A DNA stretch of 64,000 nucleotides from an uncultured cyanobacterium (GTDB taxonomy: Bacteria > Cyanobacteriota > Cyanobacteriia > Cyanobacteriales > Microcystaceae). Within the stretch, counting starts at the first letter, position 1. Every line of letters begins with the position of its first letter. The stretch spans positions 22,463 to 86,462 of the forward strand of contig CAVPII010000014.1 of the NCBI GenBank assembly GCA_963704945.1, given 5' to 3'. Under the pieces are notes generated by a model. That model saw only the letters and a program-made list of their open reading frames with translations, had not been told where the DNA came from and made no database searches. Below are positions 9,525 to 20,850 of this stretch, in pieces. A program made the translations under genes and the position numbers.

Positions 9525-12500
9525 ATGAAACCTTGGGTCAAAGGGGCGATCGCCGCAGGGATTTTCCTCCTCAGTTTGGAAATCATTGCCCATATTTATG
9601 TGGAAAGCCTTTGGTTTCGGGAACTAAATGTCCAATCTGTATTTTGGAAAAGGGTCTGGTGGCAGGGGGGGATTGCCCTAATGGCCGGGGCCATCTCCTG
9701 GGCTTTCGTCGTCCGGCAAGTGCGGATGGCCCAAGGTTTGGCTTATCAAGATTCTCCCTCCGTTACCAACGTTCCCCCTATCCCCATTCCTGTGGCTGTT
9801 GGTTCCCAATATCTCCCCTTACCTAAACCCAAAGTACATCGCCCAGTCCATTCTCGCCCTTTGTTGCTTCCTGTACTTTTGCCATTGACCATCGGGTTAC
9901 AGTTCATTCTGATCGCTTTGGTGATGTACTACGTTTTTATCACCATCCAGGTCTGGACTCCGGACTATACCCTGCCCAACATTACCCCGGCGGTGCCCCA
10001 ACCCTTCCATATTCACTGGTTATTTACCAATGTCGAAAATTTACCTACCCAATTGGGGGTGACGATTACTGCGGGGGGGTTGACCCTGATTAGTCTTTTG
10101 CGGGGCTCCCGTCTATTGCCGGGATTAGTCCTTTTTTTAAGTGCAGTGTGGGGTTTACTCCTATCTGGCAATTGGTTTCGGCTTCTACTATCTTTAAATC
10201 AGCAATCCTTTAACGAAATCGATCCCCAGTTCCAGCGGGATATTAGTTTTTATATTTTTCAACTTCCCTTTTGGCAGTTATTGGAAAGTTGGGCTCGGGG
10301 GCTGTTCCTGTTTAGTTTGTTAGCGGTAACCCTGATTTTTCTTAAGTCTGGCAATAGTTTATCGGAAGGGAAATTCCCTGGCTTTTCCCCTGGCCAGTTA
10401 CGGCACCTCAGTCGTTTAGCCTGTGCTGTCGCCGCTACATTGACGGTGGAACACTGGTTACGACGCTATGGTTACTTATTTGCCAACCATGGAGTAGTCT
10501 ACGGAGCTAACTACACCGATGTCCATTGGCGTTTGCCGGTGGAAACTGGTTTGATGATTTTTACTGCGGCGATCGCCCTTTGGTTAGCGTGGTTAGGTAT
10601 AAAAGGTTGGCGATTTAGTCCCCCCGCTTCTCCCCGTCGGCTACGGCTTCCCCTCATTACCCTCTGGTTGCCCGTGGCGGTGTATTTCTTGCTCATCCTA
10701 TTGCAAAACCTGGGGGGACTGGCGATCGAAATGCTAGTGGTGCAACCTAATCAGCTGACTAGGGAAAGACCCTACCTCGCCCGCAACATTACCGGCACTA
10801 GACACGCTTTCAACCTCAATACAATTCAACCCGCCACCCTGACCGGTCGGGGCCAACTCAGTCAAGAGGATCTGGACGAAAACCGAGCCACCCTAGATAA
10901 CATCCGCCTCTGGGATCCCATTCCCCTGCTCAAAACCAACCGGCAATTACAACAAATTCGGCTTTACTATAAATTTCCCGACGCGGATCTAGATCGCTAC
11001 ACCATCCGAGTCCAGCAGGAACCAACAAATACCATCAACATTGCCAAGCAACAGGTACTCATCGCCCCTCGGGAATTGGACTACACCGCTGTCCCAGAAA
11101 AGGCCCAAACCTGGGTAAACAAACATTTGGTCTATACCCATGGCTATGGTTTTACCCTCTCCCCGGTTAACCTCGTGGATCAGGGGGGATTACCCTATTA
11201 TTTTGTCAAGGATATTGGCACCGATGAAAATGCCGGGGCCCTGCGCACATCCAGCGAGTTAATCCGCACCAGTATCCCCATTGGCAAACCCCGTATTTAT
11301 TTTGGGGAAATAACCGATAACTACATCATGACCAACACGGCCATCCCAGAGTTGGATTTTCCCAGTGGAGAGACTAATGTTTATAACTTCTACGATGGTC
11401 GGGGGGGGATTGTCCTTAATTCCCCCATTCGCAAATTTCTGTTTGCGGTTTATCTGCGGGACTGGCAAATGCTCTTCACCGATAATTTTAAACCCGATAC
11501 GAGAATCCTTTTTCGCCGTAATATTAACCGCCGCATCCGTCAAATTGCCCCTTTCCTGCGGTTTGATCGGGATCCCTATCTAGTTACCGCCAATGTAAAT
11601 GGCACAGATAATTCCACTCTCTACTGGATTATTGATGCCTATACCACCAGTAATTACTATCCCTATTCCGATCCCGGTGAAGGGGATGCTGACCAACCAG
11701 TCAGAAATTTTAACTACATTCGTAATTCCGTCAAAATTGTGGTGGATGCCTACAATGGCGATGTCACTTTTTTCACAGTGGATAAAAGTGATCCCCTTAT
11801 CCAGGCTTGGCAGCAAATTTTCCCAGAATTGTTCCGTCCCCTCAGTGCCATGGCCGCCACCCTCAAAAGTCATATTCGTTACCCGGTGGATATGTTCAGC
11901 ACCCAATCAGAAAGGCTTTTGACCTACCACATGGAAGACATTGACGTGTTCTATAACCGGGAAGATCAATGGCAAATTCCTCGGGAAACCTATGCCGATG
12001 AACAACAGCCCATCGACCCCTATTATTTGATCATGAAATTGGCGGGTATCAATGCGACGGAAGAGGAATTTGTTCTTTCCCAGGTCTATACCCCCAATGC
12101 CCGGAATAATCTGATTGCTTTGCTTTTTGCCCGTTGTGATGAACAAAACTATGGCAAATTATTGCTCTATACTTTGCCGAAGGAAAGGCTTGTTTACGGG
12201 CCAGAGCAAATTGAAGCATTGGTTAACCAAGATCCCATTATTTCTGAACGGATTAGTTTATGGAATCGACGGGGTTCTAGGGCAATCCAAGGTAATTTAT
12301 TGGTTATTCCCATCAAGGAATCGTTGTTGTATGTAGAACCTATTTACCTAGAGGCAGAGAAAAATAGCTTACCGACCTTAGCTCGGGTGGTGGTGGTGTA
12401 CGGCAATCAAATTGCGATGGCAGAAACCCTCAAAGAGGCTCTAGATGCTATTTTTTCACCGGAATCAGTGGATGGGAAAGCGATTATCCGTCCTTTGGAT

Positions 12501-12536
12501 ACAACGGTGGATGAACTTAATCCTGAATTAAATTAG
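9525..12536 (+). CDS. UPF0182 family membrane protein
   Basis: DPQFQRDISFYIFQLP, NIRLWDP, HLVYTHGYG, RIYFGE, NYIRNSVK motifs. RBS AAGGAG upstream. Confidence 0.88.
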   Translation: MKPWVKGAIAAGIFLLSLEIIAHIYVESLWFRELNVQSVFWKRVWWQGGIALMAGAISWAFVVRQVRMAQGLAYQDSPSVTNVPPIPIPVAVGSQYLPLPKPKVHRPVHSRPLLLPVLLPLTIGLQFILIALVMYYVFITIQVWTPDYTLPNITPAVPQPFHIHWLFTNVENLPTQLGVTITAGGLTLISLLRGSRLLPGLVLFLSAVWGLLLSGNWFRLLLSLNQQSFNEIDPQFQRDISFYIFQLPFWQLLESWARGLFLFSLLAVTLIFLKSGNSLSEGKFPGFSPGQLRHLSRLACAVAATLTVEHWLRRYGYLFANHGVVYGANYTDVHWRLPVETGLMIFTAAIALWLAWLGIKGWRFSPPASPRRLRLPLITLWLPVAVYFLLILLQNLGGLAIEMLVVQPNQLTRERPYLARNITGTRHAFNLNTIQPATLTGRGQLSQEDLDENRATLDNIRLWDPIPLLKTNRQLQQIRLYYKFPDADLDRYTIRVQQEPTNTINIAKQQVLIAPRELDYTAVPEKAQTWVNKHLVYTHGYGFTLSPVNLVDQGGLPYYFVKDIGTDENAGALRTSSELIRTSIPIGKPRIYFGEITDNYIMTNTAIPELDFPSGETNVYNFYDGRGGIVLNSPIRKFLFAVYLRDWQMLFTDNFKPDTRILFRRNINRRIRQIAPFLRFDRDPYLVTANVNGTDNSTLYWIIDAYTTSNYYPYSDPGEGDADQPVRNFNYIRNSVKIVVDAYNGDVTFFTVDKSDPLIQAWQQIFPELFRPLSAMAATLKSHIRYPVDMFSTQSERLLTYHMEDIDVFYNREDQWQIPRETYADEQQPIDPYYLIMKLAGINATEEEFVLSQVYTPNARNNLIALLFARCDEQNYGKLLLYTLPKERLVYGPEQIEALVNQDPIISERISLWNRRGSRAIQGNLLVIPIKESLLYVEPIYLEAEKNSLPTLARVVVVYGNQIAMAETLKEALDAIFSPESVDGKAIIRPLDTTVDELNPELN

Positions 12537-12624
12537 GAGTGATCAACCCAGTGACTATTCCAAAAGATTCAGGTCAATTGATCAAAGAGATTCTGGAATA
12601 ATAGAAGAGCTATATTTATTCGAT

Positions 12625-14061
12625 TTAATAGGCCCCCTTACCAAATAACAACATTCTCACCGTCTCCACCAAGATATCCCAATCCAAATTAAGAGACCAA
12701 TTATCAATGTAGTACAAATCCAAACGAGCCACATCGTCAAAGCTGTTAATATCCGATCGCCCGGAAATTTGCCACAGTCCTGTCACCCCCGGCATTACTT
12801 GATGACGAATATGGTGCCAAGCATCAAACCTTTCCACGTCCCGTAAAGGCAGGGGTCGGGGCCCCACCAAACTCATTTGCCCCAGCACAACGTTAAACAA
12901 TTGGGGAATTTCATCTAGGCTAGTGCGGCGGAGAAAATACCCCAGGGGAATAATACGGGGATCCCGTTTGAGTTTGAACATAATGCCATCGTCATTTTCG
13001 TTTGCTTCCTCCAACTGCTTTTGTAGTAACGGTGCATCCACCACCATGGTGCGAAATTTCCACATCTGAAAAGTTTTTCCCTGGAGTCCCACCCGCTCTT
13101 GGCGAAAAAAAGCTGGGCCAGGGGAAGAAAGTTTGATGGCAATGGTAATGGCTAAAAAGATAGGGGCAAGGAGGAGAATGCCGCCCAGGGCACCGGTGTA
13201 ATCCAAGGATCTTTTGAGGCGATAATCCAGACCCACCAGTAGGGGAGTTTCCACTCGCACCGTCGGCAAACCAGCAAAAATTTCCGACATGCCCCGTCGA
13301 TAGAGCATATCCCGACTGGAGGGCAATAGTCGTAGGGCAATGTTTTCCCCCCGTAAATGCCAGTATAAACTTGAGGCCAAGTCCGCTTGGGGTAAAGATT
13401 CTGCTAAAACTTCCTGGGCCCCCGATGCCAAAATTTGTTTAAGGGTGTGGTCACTGTGGGCCATGTTAGCCAGGGCGGCCCCCACCACTCGATATTGGGA
13501 ACGTTGCTCCAGGGTGGCGGCGAGGTGATGAATGCGGGGAGAGGCGGCAATCAAAAAAATAGGAATAGCTTTGCGGCGTTCTAGGGGACTAAGGAGTAAG
13601 CTGACGATGAAACGGCCGAGGATTATCAAAATAACGCTGGCCCCCCAAGCTGAAAAAAATAGGGAGCGGGGCAAGTCGATCGCCGGATCGATGAAATATT
13701 TAACCACTAGGGTGAGCAAAAACACAAAGCTGATTAATTTAATTACCCCCAGAAAATTTTGACTGCGGGTTTGGGGACGATATAGCCCACCATAGGTAAA
13801 AACAATGAAAATAATAGCGACGTAGCACCAAAAAAGACTGGGCAAACCAAACCACACCCACCAATTGAATTGCGGTGGAGGAGGGGAATAGAAATTATTG
13901 AGGCGATGGGCCACAATCCATGCGGCCAAGAGGGAGAGAAAATCCGTTATCACCAAAAAAGTAAGCTTGAGCCATTGACGTTGGGACAAGTGTACCCCGG
14001 TGAAGTTATGGGGAGCCCGGATATCTGCCGTTAAAAATTTTTGACTAAACCATTTATTCAT
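12625..14061 (-). CDS. undecaprenyl-phosphate sugar transferase (WcaJ-like priming glycosyltransferase)
   Basis: KFRTM, DPRI, RRTSLDEIPQLFNV, MSLVGPRP, PGVTGLWQISGRS, LDLYYI. Confidence 0.9.
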   Translation of the reverse strand: MNKWFSQKFLTADIRAPHNFTGVHLSQRQWLKLTFLVITDFLSLLAAWIVAHRLNNFYSPPPPQFNWWVWFGLPSLFWCYVAIIFIVFTYGGLYRPQTRSQNFLGVIKLISFVFLLTLVVKYFIDPAIDLPRSLFFSAWGASVILIILGRFIVSLLLSPLERRKAIPIFLIAASPRIHHLAATLEQRSQYRVVGAALANMAHSDHTLKQILASGAQEVLAESLPQADLASSLYWHLRGENIALRLLPSSRDMLYRRGMSEIFAGLPTVRVETPLLVGLDYRLKRSLDYTGALGGILLLAPIFLAITIAIKLSSPGPAFFRQERVGLQGKTFQMWKFRTMVVDAPLLQKQLEEANENDDGIMFKLKRDPRIIPLGYFLRRTSLDEIPQLFNVVLGQMSLVGPRPLPLRDVERFDAWHHIRHQVMPGVTGLWQISGRSDINSFDDVARLDLYYIDNWSLNLDWDILVETVRMLLFGKGAY

Positions 14062-14133
14062 CCGCAGGGGCCCTGGGGCTTAAGGGGCGATCGCCAATAA
14101 TCTAAGGCTACCCTTTTCCCTACCCCTTGAATG

Positions 14134-14448
14134 TCAACGATTAATGTATCGTTGCAATAATTTTTCCAGTTCACTGACGGGGGCCCTCGGGGACAATCTG
14201 GGCAAGACTATTTCCTCCGATGATTTATTACTTAGGGGAGCCCTGGGCGATCGCCACACCAGCACCGGAATTTCGTACTGATAAGCGGCAAACCATTGGT
14301 CATTGGTGGTAATGTCCCGGATTTCCAGATTAATATGCGGCTCTGTCACCTGGCCTAGTTTTTCTTCTAGTCCTTCACAGAGATGGCAACCGGGCTTGCT
14401 GTACATAATTAAGTCCATGGCATGGTGTTCCAATGATTGATTTGACAA
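14134..14448 (-). CDS. glutaredoxin-like protein (DUF836 type)
   Basis: YSKPGCHLC and YQYEIPVL motifs. Confidence 0.8.
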   Translation of the reverse strand: MSNQSLEHHAMDLIMYSKPGCHLCEGLEEKLGQVTEPHINLEIRDITTNDQWFAAYQYEIPVLVWRSPRAPLSNKSSEEIVLPRLSPRAPVSELEKLLQRYINR

Positions 14449-16046
14449 CTAATAACTCCCAATGTGCCTAACTTGCCAGACCCAAGCGATGGTCGCCAGC
14501 ACCAATAATAAAACCACAAACCAATCCCCCCAAAGGATGTAGGGGGTTAAGTTCTGACGGGGGTAAATGGCCCCGGCATGGATTTGGTATTCATTCATGG
14601 ACGATAACCAGAGGGTTTTGCCCCGGGGATTAATCATGGCGGAGAGTCCCGTATTGGTGGCCCTCCCTAACCAACGATCGCCTTCAATGGCCCGCATTAC
14701 GTCCAAAGCATGGTGTTGGGCGGCCATGGTGTCGCTGTAATGGGCATTATTAGCGCTGGAAAGAATAAATTCCCCCCCCTGTAAAATTTGGGAGCGCAAC
14801 AGTTCAGGAAAAGCCGACTCGTAGCACATTATCACCGCCGCCGGGCCAAAGGGGGTGGGCAAAACCAGGGGGCGATCGCCGGGTAATAATTGTTCTTTGA
14901 GGGGAGACAATCTTTGAATGAGCTTGCCAAAGATGGTACTCAAAGGGATATATTCCCCCAGGGGGACAAGTTTGACTTTATCGTAACGACCCATTAACTT
15001 ACCCTGACCATCAACGGTAAATAAACTGTTGGTGTAACCTTCTCCTTAACTCCATAGGCTCCTAACCAGACAGGAACTTGAGTTTGTAAAATAGCCTGAT
15101 AAAAAGCACTGCGCTCCACCACCGTTTCCCACAGATAGGGTAAAGCTCCCTCCGGTGTGAGCACAATATCTACCCCCTGGTTTGCTAACTTTTCATATCC
15201 CTCCGTATAACCGGCGATCGCCCGGCGCCAACCTTCGCTATTAAATTTAATTTTGTTGGGAATATTGCCCTGGATAATACCAACCTCAATTTTCTGACTT
15301 TCTAAGTCCGCTAAGGGGCGTTGATACAGCAACCAACCCCCGACTTGTAAACCCAACCAAAGGATTATCGCTGTTAGGAAATAACCCCAACGAATTTTGG
15401 AACCTTTGAAATTTCTTAAATTTTTCGGACTAGTTAAGGCGAAAGCCAGGGCCAACAATCCATTAACCATTACGATTGAGCCACTCAACAAAGCCGGGCC
15501 ACCAATGCTTCCCCATTGCAAAAAATTTAACTGGCTAGGACTTTGGGTATAGGCCAGGGGACTCCACCAGAGAACGGATCGGCTCCAAAGAGCTTCCAGG
15601 GCGCACCAACTGGCCACCCCCCACAGAATTAATAAGCCATTTTTAACTTGGACATTAACCTTAGACTTAGCCGTGGTAATTTGCCACCCAGCCATGGCCA
15701 GTAACCAGGCAAAAACCAAAACAATACCCCAAACAGTGATGGCCCCCCAACAAAAAATGGCGATCGCCAAACTCCCTAACCAGGGCACCCCCAACCAAGT
15801 CAGGGGATGAACTCCAGTGATCCAAAATAGGGCTACCCCGTAAAAGCCTCCGCCCCAGGCCGTAGCCGCTAAAATTCTAGAATTAAAAAATTTGCTTGGC
15901 TTAATTCCATTGCCATCGGTCTGAAAAACCCAAAACCAAAGAGGAACCTGGGCAATCCAAGCAATATAAGTCCAGCCCAGGGGAGCCGTAGCCAGTCCCA
16001 TACCCAAGCCCCCCAACCATAGCAGTCCAAAATTCCCTTTCGTCAT
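14449..16046 (-). CDS. lnt: apolipoprotein N-acyltransferase, apparent frameshift near 15046
   Basis: TM N-half, IQGNIP, PEGALP, YDKVKLVPLGEYIP, CYESAFP, RATNTGLS. One base joins ORFs 14994..16046 and 14449..14994. Confidence 0.9.
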
Positions 16047-16311
16047 TCAGCAATCTTCACCAATTGATATTCTCCCTTCCCTAAAAACCAGCCCCAGCAA
16101 TTGTTTCAGCCCACTGCTCAATAGGGTTAACGGCTGACGGGATGATGCTTCCCAAAAGCAGGGGTTTAAAACCGATTTTTTCGGCAATAGGCAAATAAAT
16201 ATGCTCCCCCTTTCAGCTTTGCCTCGCAAGGCCATAGTCCCCAATAGTATATTAGGTACAAGGAAGAGAATGTTTCTCCCCTAACGCTTATCCTACAAAA
16301 CTCCATCTTTT

Positions 16312-17040
16312 ATGAGTAACAGCAGTAATTTTCGTCAGATCATGGCGGAGGCAAAAGGCCAAAGTCTGATCGGCCCAGACGTGATTAAAAACGCTCTCCC
16401 CTATCTTGGCGGAGGTTTAGTGCTGACGGCGGCGGGAACCTTTGGCGGCCTCAGCGTAATGCAAGGTAATCCCGGTTTATTTATGCCCACGTTCTGGGGG
16501 GCGTTAATCGGGAACTTCATCCTCTTTTTTGTGGCTATGCGGGTGGCCCAAAGTGGCAATAACGCCACAGCCCTCCCCCTGTTGGCCCTTTACAGTTTGC
16601 TATCGGGTTATACCCTCAGTGGCATTATCTTCGTTGCCCTACAAACCTCCGGGGTGGGTATACAAGGCATTGGCGTTGCGGCCCTGGCCTGTGGAGTTAC
16701 CTTTGTGGTGGCCCGCAACATTGGCTCCAACCTTTCCGAAGAAGATGGCATTGCCCTCAGTAAAACCGTCAGCTTGGCCCTAATCGGCCTAGTGGTGGTG
16801 ATGGTGCTCCAACTGGTTCTTTCCCTGTTTAACGTAATTACCCCCACATTTCTGGAAGTAGCCATTTCCGGTTTTGGCGTTTTGCTATTTGCGGGAGTAT
16901 CGGTGGTGGACTTTTTCGTTCTGCCCCGCACCTACCGGGATGATCAATACCTGGCTGCAGCCCTATCGATGTATTTGACCTATATCAACCTGTTCATTTT
17001 CATTTTACGCCTGTTGATTGCCCTCAATGGCCGGGACTAG
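16312..17040 (+). CDS. Bax inhibitor-1/YccA family membrane protein
   Basis: Seven TMs with the C-terminal AALSMYLTYINLFIFILRLL signature. Confidence 0.85.
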   Translation: MSNSSNFRQIMAEAKGQSLIGPDVIKNALPYLGGGLVLTAAGTFGGLSVMQGNPGLFMPTFWGALIGNFILFFVAMRVAQSGNNATALPLLALYSLLSGYTLSGIIFVALQTSGVGIQGIGVAALACGVTFVVARNIGSNLSEEDGIALSKTVSLALIGLVVVMVLQLVLSLFNVITPTFLEVAISGFGVLLFAGVSVVDFFVLPRTYRDDQYLAAALSMYLTYINLFIFILRLLIALNGRD

Positions 17041-17111
17041 GTTTGATTATCAGCCTCGATTGAGTTAACCAATTTAGTTCATGGATTAACCAAACAATTT
17101 TTATCAAAAGT

Positions 17112-17144
17112 AATCCCCTTGTTGTGAAAACTGGGGGATTTTTT
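17112..17144 (+). terminator. intrinsic terminator
   Basis: AATCCCC...GGGGATT stem followed by a T-run, downstream of the YccA-like gene. Confidence 0.6.
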
Positions 17145-17147
17145 AAT

Positions 17148-17188
17148 CGAAAAAATGGGTCTAAGATCCCGTCCTTTAGGGAGGCTTT
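17148..17188 (+). mobile_element. degenerate solitary IS200/IS605-type left end
   Basis: CGAAAAAATGGGTCTAAGATCCCGTCCTTTAGGGAGGCTTT resembles the left end at 56505 (CAAGAAAACTGAGTCTAA..AAAGCCCTGTCCCCGAGGATGGCTTT). Confidence 0.4.
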
Positions 17189-17367
17189 AATTAAAATATA
17201 TTATTGGGAGAATGATTATTGGTTTCCATATCTAAAACTAATTTAGAGAATAATCTTTGTCTTTAAAATAGCTTATTATAAAAAAATAAAGACAGAACAA
17301 TCACAGCATTGGATTACAATTTTAATTATAAAACTAATAATGTATCGGATAATCTAGGAGAAAAAGC

Positions 17368-18730
17368 ATGACCTTAGCAGACAATGAAAAAGAACTTTTT
17401 GCCCGAATGCGTGAACAATATGACTATTTACCGTACCCTGAATCGGAAATTCATCTTTTCCCATCCAGCCTAGAGCAACTTTATATTCATTCCCTGGTGA
17501 CTCCCTACTATCTACGTCATCAAAAAATAATTAACACCGCAGACAAAATTATTTTAGATGCAGGGTGCGGCAGTGGAATGCAAGCCTTAGCCTTGGCGGC
17601 GGCTAATCCGGGGGCAAAAATTATCGGTGTTGATCTTTCGGCAAAATCCATTGAATTGGCTCGACAACGGTTTGACTACCATAAAATCCCCAATGCTGAA
17701 TTTTATGCTATTCCCCTCGAAGACATTCAAACTCTGGGCTATCACTATGACTTGATTAATTGTGATGAAGTCTTATATCTTTTGCCCAATCCGGGGGAGA
17801 CGATGCAGTTATTTCAAGCAAATCTATCCCCTGATGGCATTATTCGGACTAACCTGCATAGCTATCATCAACGGCAAGAATATTACCGGATCAAGAGTTA
17901 TTTAAGTTTACAGGATATTTAATGAAGAATCCCATCTGAACAGCATTAGAATTGACGAAGAGAAACGCTTGATCATCTTAATAAGGATATTAGAATGAAA
18001 ATATTTTATCAGGATTATGTTAATAATACTTCAAAGTTTCTGAACCCTCAGCACAAAGAAAAATGTTAAATGAGTGGTTGATGACTAATTATTTGTTACG
18101 GGGCGATAAAGGTTATACAATTCCTGAAATGTCTGAATTTATCGAGTATGCTAATTTAGACTTTCTGAGTATGGTCAATTGGCGGCATTGGAATGTGTTG
18201 GATTTATTCCAAGATCAGAGAAAACGTACCTCTTTTTTGGCAATTAGGCTTAGAATCTGCTTCAGAAATGGACAAGCTACATATTTATGAATTGCTCAAT
18301 CCTGTTCATCGTCTACTGGATTTTTGGTGTGTTCAGCAATCAGATCGCCCCCTCCCTGCTTCTCCCCTATCTTGGGACGATCTTACTTGGGAAAAATGTT
18401 CTGTTCATCTCCATCCAGTCTTACAAAAAGACACTATCAAACAAGAAATTCTTCAAGCTTGTCAATGCCGTGAATCCATTGATTTTAGCCAATATATTAA
18501 ACTGAATACTTTCAATTCCGGTCGTTGTTGATTGCGAATTGTTAGCCGTGCTCCTGCCTCTTTGGGATTGTTCTCAATCGTTTTCTAACTTATTGCAACG
18601 TTGGTTACAGCTTCAGCCCCTTTCCCTAACCACCTTAGAACCGAAAACAACAGCACAGGGAGCAACGGAATTACAAGAATTGTTCGCTAAGTTAGAGTTT
18701 TTTACCTTTATTTTGCTAGAGATTAACTAA
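17368..18730 (+). CDS. class I SAM-dependent methyltransferase (about 450 aa), split by several indels
   Basis: QYDYLPYP, ILDAGCGSG motif I, IIGVDLS, DLINCDEVLYLL, GDKGYTIPE, LLNPVHRLLDFWC. Fragments 17368-17922, 18063-18290, 18193-18531 and 18539-18730 read as one protein. AGGAG RBS. Confidence 0.7.
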
Positions 18731-19488
18731 TCCTGTTCAGGAAAAATAATTAGCAAATTGCCATCGGGGGCGAGTTCTACCTTTCCCCCTAGTTCCTTAA
18801 TTTCTCTGATTGCTTGACCCCGCACACTATCATCTAAGGCATTTTGCATAATGCTCATCCATGCCGTAACCCTTGCTTTTTTACTGTCAGGATTTTTGGC
18901 TAAAAATGCAGCCGTTTCCGAATTACGCTTGGCTACTTCCATATCGCCCCTTTCCCTTGCCCACTTTGCGGCCATTTCATAGGAACTTTGTGCGGCTTTA
19001 TTATCCCCAAGAAAAAGCATTTCGTCTATCCCTTTATAACTCCAGATATAGGGTGATAGTGGACTCAAATCAGCATCAATATCTTCCAATGCCTTGTTTA
19101 GTAATTCCACTGTTGTTTTAGGATTAAGGGCATACATGGTATTGGCCACAGACAAAACTAACAATGCCTGAAGAAAGCGAGGATTGTTGTTCACAATATT
19201 TCGAAAGTAATCAGCTGTTAGTCCATAACCTGTTTTTTCCCTTGCCGGTGCATCGCCGAAATACTGTACAAATTGTAGATACGCCCAGTCAGCCATAAGA
19301 TTATTAAATCCTAAGGACGGAAGATTTTTCTGGGCCTGAAGGACAGTTGCAATCCTTTCCTCTTCTTGAACATAAAAGTCAGACTGGTCTAAGCCGTTCT
19401 CTTTTATGGTTTTGTTTTGAATTATGACTATGCCGACAATGCTTGCAATTGCTAATGTTATACTAAATAAGCTTGAAGTAAACCTCAT
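18727..19488 (-). CDS. conserved pilin-operon protein (Sll1696-like), N-terminal TM
   Basis: LPSLGFNNLMADWAYLQFVQYFGD motif. Third gene of the pilA1-pilA2 operon. Confidence 0.65.
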   Translation of the reverse strand: MRFTSSLFSITLAIASIVGIVIIQNKTIKENGLDQSDFYVQEEERIATVLQAQKNLPSLGFNNLMADWAYLQFVQYFGDAPAREKTGYGLTADYFRNIVNNNPRFLQALLVLSVANTMYALNPKTTVELLNKALEDIDADLSPLSPYIWSYKGIDEMLFLGDNKAAQSSYEMAAKWARERGDMEVAKRNSETAAFLAKNPDSKKARVTAWMSIMQNALDDSVRGQAIREIKELGGKVELAPDGNLLIIFPEQD

Positions 19489-19512
19489 AATATTAGCTTC
19501 TTCCGAGAGAAT

Positions 19513-20034
19513 TTATTGTACTTTAGAACCACCATTCGTGCAGTTATCGCTCGCTAAATCACCTACGTTGACAGCGGCACCAATTTGTGGGGCTTGGCAG
19601 GTTGCCCTGTTATAGGCACTATTGTTGAAGTAAACGCCGATGGCATAATCTCTTACTTGATCTTGATTAGGATTAATTGCAATCGCCTGATGCTTAACCC
19701 TTGTCGAGTCGGCCACCGGATTTGGGAAAGTATAATAATTAGAACTTACGATACCACTATCCTGTTGCAATAAAGTCAATGTGGGGGCAAAGTCTCCATA
19801 ACTATAGTGGTAAGCTTGCTGAGAACGTGCAATAGCACCCAACTTCATCTGCACCTCAGCTTCCCTTGCCTTACCGATTTGGGAATAAAATGCAGGAAGG
19901 CTTATTGCAGCAAGAACCGATGTTATGATCATGACGACCATAAGCTCCAATAGGGTGAAGCCCTCCTCATTCTGAAGTCTTAATACTCCAAGATTGTGTC
20001 CCGAATTGCTCTTTGTTTTTTTGGGGAATGACAT
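19513..20034 (-). CDS. pilA2: type IV pilin PilA2-like
   Basis: G|FTLLELMVVMII prepilin cleavage site, GKAREAE, C-terminal Cys pair. Start likely ATG 20034. Confidence 0.75.
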   Translation of the reverse strand: MSFPKKTKSNSGHNLGVLRLQNEEGFTLLELMVVMIITSVLAAISLPAFYSQIGKAREAEVQMKLGAIARSQQAYHYSYGDFAPTLTLLQQDSGIVSSNYYTFPNPVADSTRVKHQAIAINPNQDQVRDYAIGVYFNNSAYNRATCQAPQIGAAVNVGDLASDNCTNGGSKVQ

Positions 20035-20061
20035 TGCATTTTTTTGTCGGATGTATTTAGT

Positions 20062-20108
20062 AAAAAAAGAGCCCGATGAATGCCTCATTTTAGGAAGGAT
20101 ACACCGGG
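20062..20108 (-). terminator. terminator-like hairpin with U-tract between pilA1 and pilA2
   Basis: On the minus strand CCCGGTG..CATCGGG followed by CTCTTTTTTT. Confidence 0.5.
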
Positions 20109-20231
20109 GTGGAGAGAATGGCCTAGCGAGGATAGGCTGAATTAGCAAAGAAGTTAAGCCTGAGCTTGCAAGCCCAATGAGGAGACCACTCCAGATTGCC
20201 CTAAACAGGACATCGGAAGTGGTCAAATTGC

Positions 20232-20786
20232 TTATTGAACTTTCGTTTGGCCAGCTCCGCAGGCGGCAGCACTAGCCGCAGGAGTACCAGCTGTACCGTT
20301 GGTATCTGCTTGACAAAGGATCTGAGCGTATTGACCTGTAGCGGGATCGAAGCCAATTGCACCGCTGTAGTTCCTTGTACCTTGAGCGGTACCATTGTCT
20401 ACAGTGGTACCACCAGTATGAATACCTAAAGCCGTAGAGGTAGAGGCGGTTGCAGTGCCTGCTGTGACATTAAATACATAGTACTTACTGGCAGGAACGA
20501 TAACGCCCAAGACATTATTTGCTTGAAGGTCGGCGTTGGCAAGTGCAGGCGTAAACGCGCCCTTTTCAAAGTGGTAGGATTGCTGAGTACGGTTGATGGT
20601 ACCAATACCATTTTTACCTTCTGTTTCCCGGGCTTTACCTACTTGACCCAAGAGGTTAGGTAGAGCAACAGCAGCCAATACACCGATGATGATTACAACA
20701 ACCAAAAGTTCGATTAAGGTGAAACCTTCTTCTTGACGTTTTTTGGAGAGAGTAGAAATAAGTTTGTAGTTAAAGCTAGTAGCCAT
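20232..20786 (-). CDS. pilA1: major type IV pilin
   Basis: G|FTLIELLVVVIIIGVLAAVALPNLLGQVGKARE matches the recalled PilA1 N-terminus. The C-terminal part is divergent. Confidence 0.88.
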   Translation of the reverse strand: MATSFNYKLISTLSKKRQEEGFTLIELLVVVIIIGVLAAVALPNLLGQVGKARETEGKNGIGTINRTQQSYHFEKGAFTPALANADLQANNVLGVIVPASKYYVFNVTAGTATASTSTALGIHTGGTTVDNGTAQGTRNYSGAIGFDPATGQYAQILCQADTNGTAGTPAASAAACGAGQTKVQ

Positions 20787-20850
20787 GATTGTCTTCTTCC
20801 TTAATGTAGGGGGGAGTTTAAATAACTGTTCGGAACCCTTCTAGATGTAA

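Noticed and set aside
20035-20226. 64-aa N-terminal extension of PilA2 in the ORF track
   Set aside because: It overlaps the structured spacer and terminator; ATG 20034 gives a normal prepilin leader.
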